Shown here: piece after piece, positions 25,987 to 36,829 of the stretch | How positions within the stretch are numbered: the stretch's first letter is position 1 | Layout of the letters: each line of letters begins with the position of its first letter | DNA from: Sminthopsis crassicaudata | Taxonomy: Eukaryota | NCBI RefSeq assembly: GCF_048593235.1 | Contig: NC_133617.1 | Location: forward strand, 5,709,607 to 5,773,606 | Length of the DNA: 64,000 bases | Direction of reading: 5' to 3' | Translations under genes and position numbers: made by a program | Notes under the pieces: model-generated | The model's database searches: none | Told to the model about the DNA's origin: nothing | What the model saw: only the letters and a program-made list of their open reading frames with translations

Positions 25987-26339
25987 TCAGTTCCTTGTAA
26001 GGGCTGATGAATAGAATGGTTCCTGGTACCTTTGTGTTGGGTTCCTCTCACCTCTTACTAGAAGCTCCAGGGTATTACTAGGGTGTTTCCAGAGACTTTC
26101 TTTGGTGCCCAGCTGATAGCTGCAGCTGTAATTGCCAGAGTGCTCGGGAGTCACATGGGTCAAGATGAATCTGCCCTGGTCTTCATGGGTTTCCATGCTG
26201 TGCAGGATTCCCTCAACCCCCTCCTTGTACAGAGCAAACCGAGGAATCCATGAGGGTCCCCGGCAAAGGAGGGTCACATTGCTCCCCGAGGCTACCTCTA
26301 GACCAGGCCAGGCTGAGAGAGAAGGCTTGGGGAGGGCAT
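25987..26339 (-). CDS. Gene C Ig D5 exon (splice form ends at 26052; read-through to TGA at 25987)
   Basis: DALPKPSLSAWPGLEVASGSNVTLLC...GNYSCSYQLG...LELLVR(GERNPTQRYQEPFYSSALTRN*). Confidence 0.85.
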
Positions 26340-29300
26340 CTGGAAACACAAAGAAAGACCCGAGATGCTCAAAATCCTCTCTGCAGTTGTGTTGAGGGGG
26401 GTATAAGGAGGGGCAAGATCATAGAGTTCTCTGAAGAATTTCCTGACCAACGATTCCATTGATTCTGACCATTCATTGCTCTGAGTTTCTTTCCCTTAAC
26501 AGGGGTAGATAGTACACTTCAGATGATCTTTGGGGCTATCTAGGAAAATACAGTTGTTTCTCCTTCCATTCTTGTCCCTTGAGCTTGGTGCAGTTCCTGA
26601 GCTGGTCCATTGTTCCAACTTTGTTTTCCACTTCCTAATTGATATCCAGTCCTTATCCCGACCTCTCCTTTCTGCTGTTAAAAGGAGCCCACATTTTCTG
26701 GGCTACCTTTCAATCTTAACTTCCATCCCTCTATTTTTTCCCTGGAGAACTTGAAGACATTCTTACCTGTCACCCAGATCTCTAGGGCATCACTGGGCTC
26801 CGACACCTGGTGTGGAGCCATTCTTTCAGAGTAGACACAAGTGTAGTTGCCAGCATCCTGGGATCTCACAGAGAGGAGGGGGAAGACAGCTGAGGTCCCA
26901 GCTGGGCTCTGGCTCTGCAAGGGCTGAGGGCTGCCCACCTTCAGCAGAGCAAATGTGGCTCTCCAGAGTGCTGACCGAGGGGGCTGCCTGCACTGGAGAG
27001 TCACATGCTTCCCAGGCTCCACCACCAGGCCTGGGTGGGCTGAGAGAGAAGGCTTGGGCAGAGATCCTGAGAGGGGAAGAATGGGGGGGGTGTGAGAGGA
27101 CGCCTGGGTCAAGTCCATGTTCTGACTCTCTGTTCCTATGTGACCATCTGAGACTTCTACCTCCTAACTCAGAACTCACTATCAACTTTTACCTAAGATC
27201 CCAGATCAAAACGGAAATATCTCATGCCTTTCAAGGTCCCTGACTCAGGACTGGCCCCAGAACAGATCAGGCCATGTAGGCCCCCTGCCCTTGGCTCTGG
27301 GGGCCCCTATTTGTGCAGAGGGCAGAGGGGTCACACTCAGCATTATTCTGGGGTCCCCACACCCCTCACCTGTCACCACCAGCTCCAGGGTCTCACTGGG
27401 CACTGATTGTCTATCAGAGCCTGTCCTGTCCTGGTAAGTACATCTGTAGCTCCCAGTGTCCTCAGGTCTGACAGAAGGGAGGGAGAAGTCAGTCCAGAGC
27501 TGTGCTGAGTTCTGGTTCTGCAAGGGCTGCCTCGTCCCAATCTTCCACAGAATATATGTCACCTCCTCAGGAGAAGCCAGCTTGGGCCTTGAGCACCAGA
27601 GAGTGATGTTGGTCCCTGGGGCTACCACAAGGCCTGGCTGGGCCCACAGGGTGGGTCTGGGTAGTTGTCCTGAGGAGAAAGGGATGCCTGAGGTCAATGT
27701 CAGATGTCATTTCTAGACCCCCTCTGCTAACCCCCTGAAAGGGGCAGCAGAAATCTTGTTTCTCATCTGATTCTCTCCCTTAGGTCCTGTCTGACTGGAG
27801 AACACCCCCATTATCCTAGGGCCTAAAGTGAGATGGCCAAGACCTTTCTTCCAGCCCTATTCCCACCATCCCTTCAGAATACCCATGATCTTATGCTGTC
27901 CCCGGAGCTTTGGGGCCTCTATGTGGGGACATGGAATGGGTACTTAGGGATTCCCAGGACTAGTCACCAAGCACAGTCAGCTCCACGGCTTGGCTGAGAA
28001 AGGATGCTCTGTGTGGGGGTGTTTTCAGGTAGTAAATACAGCTGTAGCTCCCAGTGTCCTCAGCTCCCACAGATGGAAGTGAAAATTCAGTCCCGGGCCC
28101 TGCAGGGATCTGTAGCAGTAAGGGCTCCAGTCTCTTTGCATCCAGCAGGGCAAAAGTGTAGTCCTGAGAGGGGGACCATTGGGGCATTTGGCACCAGATG
28201 GTCACTGCTTTCCCTGGAGATATCAAGGGTCCAGGTGAAGCTCCAATGTTGGGTTTGGAGAAGGTTCCTGGTCAAGGAGGAAAGAAGAAAGTTAATGATC
28301 TGATCTCCCCATCCCATGCAACCATTCCATGAAAAGAGCCAAGCAGGCAAAAAGCGTGCTTGATCAGGCCCATTTTACAGTCCTGTAGGCCTGGGGTACT
28401 TGGTCCATGGGTTCCTTGGTCACCTTGAGAAAGATGTTCTGGGCTTGAGAAGTCTGTGAATCTATAAAACAATGGAGAAGATGGAACAAGGGGCGGAGCA
28501 GGTCCCCCTTTCACACCTGTCCCCCTTCTTACTCCCTTCAAGGGGCCCAACTTTGGTCCTACAGCCAGGCCAGCAGGACCAAGAAAGGACTCTAATACAA
28601 CCGCACAGACAAATTCAGACTTTTCTCTTAGGTTTTAAGGTTTGAAAATCTCTGGCTTCTCTTCCAAATAACCCCATAACTGTGGGATACACAGAATTTC
28701 TAGATTCCCAGGCTCCAATTTCCCCACACTGTGGCATGTCCTTGGCCTATCACTCATTGTCAATACTGCAGTGAAACCAGAGCAGGAGCTGCCAGAGGAG
28801 AATGGAGACTCCCTCTGAGTCTGCTTTCCCTGCCCTCATTCATCATCAGTCATTTCCTGCTCAATGAAGGGGGAGCCCTAAAGATTTAAGGAAGGGATCA
28901 TTCTTGCTACCTGAAGACAGTCATTTTCACAAGGATCACAGAGTTTTTAGCTCAAAAAACCCCATTAGACCATCCGGTCCATTAGAACATAAGCTTCATG
29001 TCATGAAGAGGGAAACTGATCTCTAGAAGGCCAGGACTTTCCCATAGTCACCCCACCAACATCGAGGGGGACAGGTGTGTGAATGTTATTTCACAGCCAT
29101 CAAATCAAGCTCCTCCTCCCTTCATCGGGCTATCTTCTGTCATAGGCCAGATGGACAGTAGCTTGGGGTGCAGAGAAGGACCCAGGGCTAGAGTGGACCC
29201 ATGAGAATGGTAAAGCCGGCATGCTGGGAAGGACCAGGACATTGCCACTTGATGGCAGCTGGGGCAGCATCCTGGGGCCGCCAGCATCTGAGCTGGGCTT

Positions 29301-30823
29301 GAAGCATGTATAAGAAAGTGATGAAGGCGAGAAGGGCATTACAGGCAGGGAAAACAGTGTGAGCAAAGGCAGAGAGGTGGGACATGATGGAGATTGGGGG
29401 AAGCATCTGTCCGTGCTGATGGGAATGTAAGGAGGACAGCAGGGAACACTGGGAGACAGAACGGGGCTGGTGGGATATTGGCAGTGTGAGCCCAAAGAAG
29501 AAAGGAAAAGTTCATCTAGGTAAAGTTTCCTCTGTAAAAGCTGGGTGCCCCTGCTCCCAAAGGTGGCTGTGTATGTCTGAGGGAGGAGCATCCTGGCTTG
29601 AATGGCTGAGTCACCAAAGGACCCTGAGCAGATGAGGGGAGATCTGTAGATTTGCTGCTAGGAGACATGGCTCACAATCCTGTCCCTGACACTTAAGATC
29701 CCGCTGACCTGCTTGAGTCCCCTTACCTTCTCTCCAGGCCTCAGTTTCCCCATCTCTAAAAGAAAAACCATCACACATGAGCTCTCCTCCTGGCAGAATT
29801 ATTGAGGGGAAAGATTTCTAAACTTTATAATCTTAACCTCTGAGTGGGTGAGGCAGGTGTTCTCGGAGCCTAGGGAGGTGGTTGGTGAGGGGAGACAGTT
29901 ATTAAAGACCAATAGTTTTCCCTTTTAATCATTGACTTTCTAGAGACGGATCAGGGGCTCCTCTCCCAGGACTTGCCTTTCCCCAAAGGATGGTTTGAGC
30001 ACACCTCACCTGTCATCACCATCAGGGCCAGGGGGTCACTGAGCTCTGACCACAAGGGCCCCTGCCCAGAGCGGCACCTGTAGCTCCTGGCATCTGTCCA
30101 GTCATTCACACTCCTGAGCACAAAGTCTGTCTGTGACCATGAATCATTTCTCTCCTCTATGAGCTCTCCATCCTTCCAGAGCTGGAATTTGTCACTCCCC
30201 AGTCGTCCCTGGCACCTGAGGGTCACATCTGCTCCCTTGGGGACCACGGGACTTGGCAGAGCCCAGAGGGTGGGTCTTGGGAGGATTTCTGAAGAGGAAA
30301 CAAATTTGATTTTTAGGGATTCCTCTGGAGCCCGTGTTTCTCCTCCACATCCTGAAGTCCCTCCTTTCATCACCCCTTCCATTCCTTGCAACGGCACCTG
30401 TTTTCCTCCCTGCTTAACCCAGGAGTGGATTTCTGGGTTGATCTGAGACAAAGACTGAAAGGCGAACATTGTGCTTTTGGGGGCAGGACTCACCCATCTG
30501 TGCCCTGACCTCCCAGTGCAGACACAGCCCTGTAAGAGAAGACCAGGTTACAGATGGCTCCCCTCCAGCCCACTCTGACTTCTTCCCCAGCCCTTGCCAA
30601 CGACCCTGATTCTCTAATTCTGCTTTGATCAAAATATGAAGGGGGATCCCTGTGAGCAGAGACTGGGTCCTGCTCTGCCTCAATGATTCTGACTCCTCTT
30701 TAAGTTTCCTCCCTGTCCTTCTGACTCAGTCAGCTAAAGGCCTTGGCAAAATAGTCTCTCTTTTGCCAGGGTTAACCTTGAAGACTCACCTGTGGAGAGC
30801 AGCAGAGTGAGGGTGGCGTCCAT
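25987..30823 (-). CDS. Gene C: LRC-type Ig-superfamily protein, signal peptide + 5 Ig domains, no visible TM (candidate secreted, ~533 aa)
   Basis: Exons 30790-30823, 30494-30529, 30010-30288, 27968-28267, 27370-27669, 26767-27066, 26052(25987)-26339; all GT-AG, phase 1 and open; the 3' end is uncertain. Confidence 0.75.
26767..27066 (-). CDS. Gene C Ig D4 exon
   Basis: 300 bp, cag|GA...G|gtaag; SLPKPSLSAHPGLVVEPGKHVTLQC...GNYTC. Confidence 0.9.
27370..27669 (-). CDS. Gene C Ig D3 exon
   Basis: 300 bp; QLPRPTLWAQPGLVVAPGTNITLWC...GSYRC. Confidence 0.9.
27968..28267 (-). CDS. Gene C Ig D2 exon
   Basis: 300 bp; TFSKPNIGASPGPLISPGKAVTIWC...GSYSC. Confidence 0.9.
30010..30288 (-). CDS. Gene C Ig D1 exon
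   Basis: 279 bp; ILPRPTLWALPSPVVPKGADVTLRC...FQLWKDGEL...RSYRC. Confidence 0.9.
30494..30529 (-). CDS. Gene C 36-bp signal-peptide mini-exon
   Basis: cag|GG CTG TGT CTG CAC TGG GAG GTC AGG GCA CAG ATG G|gtgag; the 36-bp second exon is a hallmark of LRC genes. Confidence 0.88.
30790..30823 (-). CDS. Gene C leader exon (MDATLTLLLST G)
   Basis: Kozak cccaccATGG, 34 bp, G|gtgag. Confidence 0.88.
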
Positions 30824-30940
30824 GGTGGGCCTTCAGCTTTGTCCTAACCTCTACTGTGGAGAGTACCGGAGGCTGCAGGACTGGAGGCTAGTCCAGGATG
30901 TTGTGGGCAGCCCTTCTACCTCAGGCCTCCTAAACCCTGG

Positions 30941-30975
30941 CCCCACAGTTTCCGCTCTCATACAGATGAAAGGGA
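30941..30975 (-). promoter_or_regulatory. Conserved proximal promoter block of gene C
   Basis: Minus strand ctttcatctgtatgagagcggaaactgtgggg, conserved at the same distance from the ATG in A, B, C and at 61-90. Confidence 0.5.
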
Positions 30976-33702
30976 CTATGGTCCTCCAAGGCTTATTTCT
31001 GAATGAATTAGAGTGACTACAAGTAGATGAAACCTGGAAAGGACTGTGGACTATGATGGATATTTAATGTTAAAGACAACTGAAGGTGATCTGGGGTCTC
31101 TATACACGCATCCCTGTTCTGTGAAAGGAGTAGCATCGGCCATACAAACCCTGACCCTGGAATCACCAGGATTCAGCTCCAACTCCTGACCCCACAGCCC
31201 GGGAAGAGTGACTTGGGAGATGGATGGGCACATGTTCCATGGCTGGTAGGACTTCTGGGTGAGTGTCATTTGCTGGTGTTTTAGTATGAACATCATCACC
31301 AGCAGCCACCACACCCACAGTGACAACAACAGTGGAATCGTTGTAAAGTACTTTCAGCTTGGCAAATATTTTACATAGGTGTTCTCATTTGAGGCACACA
31401 ACATGTGAGGTAGCTATCACACCTTCCAGATTTTACAGATGAGATCGCCGATGTAGACAGAGTTAAATTCCCTGCCCAGGGTCATAAAACAAATAAGTAT
31501 CTATGTCAGATTTGAACTTAGCCTTTCCAGGTTTAATTAATTAAATTTATGAATCAAATAGTAGATAATGCAGGCATTTGTTGCCCTTAATCTCCAAGTA
31601 TATAAATCCCTCAGTAACTCCATCTCCTGTAGGAGACCAAAATGGCCACACCTTCTAACCGAGGACTGTCCAGCATTCGTGTCGGCCGATCTGCTTGCCC
31701 TTTGGTCGGCCGTTATGCATTTGCTTACAATAACTGGTTGACTAGGACATATCAAGAGTCAATCAGAACAGTCGCTGACTGTTCTGGGCTGTCTTGCCCA
31801 ACATCAGTCAATAATCTGTTGGCACAGAGTCCCATGAGACAGGTGGCATCCTAGCTAGAAAGACCCCAGCTCAAACTCAATGACCATTTATCAAGCTTCT
31901 GCCACGTTGCCTGACCTGTGCTAGTTGCTGGGAATTCAACTAGAAAACAGAAATAGATCAGTCCTTATGGAGCTTATACTTTCCTGCAAGGGCAAACATA
32001 GATTTTAGTATAAGCACTTGTGCATGATGAATTTGCAGGTTTAGAATCAACTCTCATTTAAATGATTGTTAATGATAGTACATATGTTGAGAGAACATAA
32101 AAAAATATGGGAAGTAATGAGCTGGGACACAAAAGGAACTGACGTTAAAGTAATTGGGCATGGCAAAAGAGAGTCTGAAATGCAGACTGTTTTGACCTTG
32201 GCAGTGCATGGCTCAGCATACCGGTGAAAGCATTGGGTGCTATTCAGGCAGGCTTTCAGTTCATTTAAAAGTAAGATTCATCAATTTTCATCCCTGTGGC
32301 TGGAAATTGGGGATGAGCTCACATTTGTGATTGTAGGTCAGATGGTCCCAGGTTCTGTCTGATGCACAATCAATCCCCAAATCTCTTGGGGATTCAAAGA
32401 GAGAAATATTCCATTCTCACAGGTTAGATAGCATGTACATGGGCTGTGTTTATACAGAAGAAAGACACGCAATATTAGTATAAAATAAATATATATCTGT
32501 GGGTAAATATATATTTGTCAGGGAGGTAAGGCACTAGTGTACATGCTATTAGGAATGATTTCATTTTCATGATGGTATGTGAGCAGATTCTCCAATGAAT
32601 GGAGGGTCTCAGTGAGCTAGAGGGGTGGGGGAAGGGCATACAGATGTGACAGATGGCTCAAACAAAGATATATCCATATATAGAAACAGATCTATGTATA
32701 TAAATACACGCCTCATAGCAGAATATAAATATCCGAGTCAATTTTTCATCTAACGATCTGTGGTTTTAGTAAATGAAAAACTTGAGGTGTGACCAATGTG
32801 GTGAGATGACAGTCCCACACATTTCTGAGACCCTCACCTTTATTTCAAGAAGTGTTACAAGCTGAGATCGTGATAGTGCTGCTTTGCCTTGTCTTTATCA
32901 GGCCACATCCAAAGTACCTTGGAGTGTGATTCTATGGAATCTGGAATAATGAGGGAAAATCCTGGACAGGGTGATATGAATGATCACCAGTCATCGATCT
33001 CCTGGCAAATATATATCAAGTTACTCCATGAATTTGGGGGATTTCCAATTTAGAGGCCCTGCTCTGGATGATTAGAAGAAAATATTGGTAAGTGATTAAG
33101 GTGTAGTTCAGCTTCGAGCCTAGAGCCTGCTGGGAAAGGTTAAGGTCAAGGATAAAACAGCTTCCTTCAGGGGGAGGACAGGAGGGGTAACTCACCAGTT
33201 TTTCCCTTGATCTTTCCTTGGCCCCTTCTGTATCTTAGGAAGAGGGAGGTTTCCAAGACTGAGAATCCCTTCCACAATCCCCTCCCCTTGACTCATTATC
33301 ATATCCCTTTCTTGCCCTGATAACTTACATAGTAGTTCCTCTTTGGGGCCCTCCAGCTGCATATGGGTACTCCAAGGGAGATAAGGGCAAGAAAGATGAC
33401 TGTGATATGGAGAGGAGGATATAGAACGAGGGAAAATATTCCATCTGGGAAGCTTTATGAACATCACCATGTCTTTGATTCAATGTAGAGGTTCCAAGAT
33501 TATATTGGAAGGAAGAAACAGAGGATTATGGGGAAAAGAGATGAATCTACTTATCTCCTAGGGCTCTCTCCTTGCCCACACCCTGGTGATACACAAGGGA
33601 AGGGAAGAAGCAAAATCAGGGAAGATCATAATGAAGAAATTGAAAGTCCCAGTCCCAACCTAATTTTATTCCTTAAGACATAAAAATTTAAGGCTGTTTT
33701 AC

Positions 33703-33798
33703 CTATAGAGAGGAATCCTTGGCAGAGGAATGCCATCAAGAGAAGGCAAAGGAGGGAGGAAATGGAGCTGAATCTGATAATTAGGGTATTACTAGAAC
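33703..33798 (-). pseudogene. TM exon of F, open frame, with intramembrane Arg (GSSNTLIIRFSSISSLLCLLLMAFLCQGFLSIG)
   Basis: 96 bp, tag|GT...G|gtaaa; aligns with TM exons of A and B. Confidence 0.75.
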
Positions 33799-34775
33799 CT
33801 AAACCTAGTGTTTTTGAGGGAGCAGAATCTTCATAAATCACTATTGTTAGACCATCCTCACATTGTATCTATATATTCTTTTCTTATTTCCCTCCAGATA
33901 TACCCATCTTCACCAGCAATCCAAAGATTAAGGGAAATGCTGCTCAGAGGTGGCTTTTCCCTTGAAATTATATTCAGAAAGCTAGAAACTAGGATAGCAT
34001 TATGGTTCCCAGGGAAGTATGAGAGAAAGTCTCTCATGCCAAGCCACAATCTTTTTTCTACAGACCTGGAATTGAGGAAAGGGTTAAAATATCAGTAGTG
34101 TCTGTTCCCATGTTTCTTGGCTAGAGCAAAGGTCTTGGTTTCTTTTCCTCGTAGGGGATGAGTAAAAAGGTGCCATTGGCACCTTCCAGTGAGTATTATG
34201 GGCTTCTGCTTCTTACTTCTAACTGCAGGGGTTCATTGCCTTTTTTTCCAGAGATTTCCCTTGGTGAGTGGCAGCCAAAGTCCTTGAGGATCACCTTTGT
34301 CAGAATAGCTGTTCTCCATCTTGAGTGATATCCATGTTCGGAAGAATTTTTTCATCTCCTTCCTTTTAGAGAATAAAGCAATTATTTCTTGAGGGTCCCC
34401 ATCACAGCAGGGTCATATTGGCCCTGAGATCAATTCTGGGCCAAGTTAGGCTGGGAGGAAAAGCTTGGGAAATGTATATGGAAATCCAAATAGAAGTCAG
34501 AGATCCTCAAGTTCAGCTTCACAGTCATAATGTGGGTGGGTGGGTGAAGGTAGCAAGAGTTTTGAGATCTCTGAAAGACACCATCACTTCCTTTGTCATT
34601 TTGGTCATTTTTTGACCAAAATCTCCAAACAGAAAAGGCATGATTGTTGAACCTCTGATGTTCTATGGGCCTATCTAGAAACAGGGTCCTTCTGTGACCT
34701 TTGAGCTTAGAGCAGTACTTGAGCCGGTCCATCCTTCCACCTTTGTTCAAATCTTCCTTAAAAACCCTCAGCCTT

Positions 34776-36120
34776 ATGGACCTACATTTAATACCATACA
34801 GCAAGATGAGATCAAAATGGGTCCATGATTTAGGCATAAAGAATGAGATTATGAATAAATTAGAGGAACTCTTAGACTTGTGGAGGAGGAAGGAATTTGT
34901 GACCAAAGAAGAACTAGAGATCATTATTGATCACAAAATAGAAAATTTTGATTATATCAAATTAAAAAGCCTTTCTACAAACAAAACTAATGTAAACAAG
35001 ATTAAAATGGAAGCAATAAAGTGGGAAAACATTTTTATAGTTAAAGGTTCTGATAAAGGCCTCATTTCCAAAATATATAGAGAATTGACTCTAATTCAGA
35101 AGAAATCAAGCCATTCTCCAGTTGATAAATGGTCAAAGGATATGAACAGACAATTTTCAGATGATGAAATTGAAACTATTTCTACTCATATAATCACTAT
35201 TGATCAGAGAAATGCAAATTAGGACAACTCTGAGATAACACTACCCACCTGTCAATTGGCTAAGATGACAGGAACAAATAATAATGAATGTTGGAGGGAA
35301 TGTGGGAAAACTGGGACACTGATGTATTGTTGGTGGAATTGTGAAAGAATCCAGCCATTCTGGAGAGCAATTTCAAATTTTGCCCCCCAAATTATCAAAC
35401 TGTGCCCTTTGATCCAGTGGTGTTACTACTGGGCTTATATTTCAAACAGATACTAAAGAAGGGAAAGGGACCTGTATGTGCCAAAATGTTTGTGGCAACC
35501 CTTTTTGTAGTGGCTAGAAACTGGAAAATGAATGGATGTCCATCAATTGGAGAGTGGTGGGGTAAATTGTGCTATATGAATGTTATAGAATATTATTGTT
35601 CTATAAGAAATGACCAGCAGCAATAATACAGAGAGGCTTGGAGAGATTTGGAGAGACTTACATAAACTGATGCTGAGTGAAATGAGCAGAACCAGGAGAT
35701 CATTAGACACTTCAACAACAATACTGTATGAGGATATACTCTGATGGAAGTGGAAATCTTTGACAAAGAGAAGATCTAATTCCATTCCAATTGATCAATG
35801 ATGAACAGGATCAGCTACACCCAGAGAAGGAACACTGGGAAATGACTGTGGACTACTTACATTTTTGCTTTTCTTCCCAGTTTATTTTTACTTTCTGAAT
35901 CCAATTCTTCTTGTACAATAAGAGAAATATATAGTTCTGCTCACATATAGTGTATCTGGGATATACTATAACATATTTAACATGCATAAGACTGCCTGCC
36001 ATCTAGGGAAGGGGTGGAGGGAGGGAAGGAAAAAGTCAGAACAGAAGTGAGTGCAAGGGATAATGTTGTAAAAAATTACCCATGCATATGTTCTATCAAT
36101 ATAAAGTTATAATTTAAAAA
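34776..36120 (+). mobile_element. 5'-truncated L1 (ORF2 C-terminus + 3'UTR + A-rich tail)
   Basis: ORF2-like ENFDYIKLKS...DKGLISKIYREL...WSKDMNRQF, CWRECGKTGTL; 15-bp TSD aaaaccctcagcctt (34761-34775) / aataccctcagtctt (36121-36135). Confidence 0.92.
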
Positions 36121-36829
36121 AATACCCTCAGTCTTGTTCCAATTTTTATCACACATGGTCAGACCAGCCCAGAATAATGTAATATCTCTACCTTCTTAGC
36201 CTGACTTTCAAATTTGAAATACAAATTTCTATTTTATTCCTTAAGTACACAGACATACTCACCTATTATCTAGGTGACCTCACTGGGCTCAAATACCTGG
36301 TGGAGAGTCATTCTTCTATAATAGAAACAGCTATAGTTGCCATCCTGGACCCTCACAGAGAGCAGTGAGAAGTCAACCGAGGTCTCAACTGGGATCTGGC
36401 TCTGCAGGAGCTGAGGGTTGCCCAGCTTCAGCAGAATAAATGTCACTCTCCAGAGTGCTGATTAGAGAACTTTCTGCACTGAAGAGTTACATGCTTTCCA
36501 AGTTCCACCAACAGGCCTGGAAGGTCCAAGAAGGAAGGCTTGGGCAGAAAACCTGTTCTGGGCCATACTTCCAACTTTGTTCAAACCTATCTTAGAAATC
36601 CTCAGTCTTTTCCCAATTTCTATCTCATAATGATGAAATCAATCTAGAACAATGTATCTTAAAGGCATTCCTGGCCTGCTTCACAAGCTTGATTCCCATA
36701 TTTGTCATCTAGATCTCTAAGATTTCACTTGTTTCAAAGATTTGAAAGGAATAGCAAGATTTGAACCTTTCTGGAGTCCTACCAGATTCCTTTTATGACA
36801 CAGATATGGTGGTTGGTAGCTAAATCAGG

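Larger units (their letters stand above)
33196..36552 (-). pseudogene. Pseudogene F: D4 (36263-36552), D5 (~34208-34477), TM (33703-33798), tail exons (33555-33583, 33329-33369, 33196-33233)
   Basis: D4 frameshift; D5 acceptor CAT and stops; L1 inserted between D4 and D5; first tail exon donor GT>AT; no leader/D1-D3 and no ITIM exon found. Confidence 0.8.
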
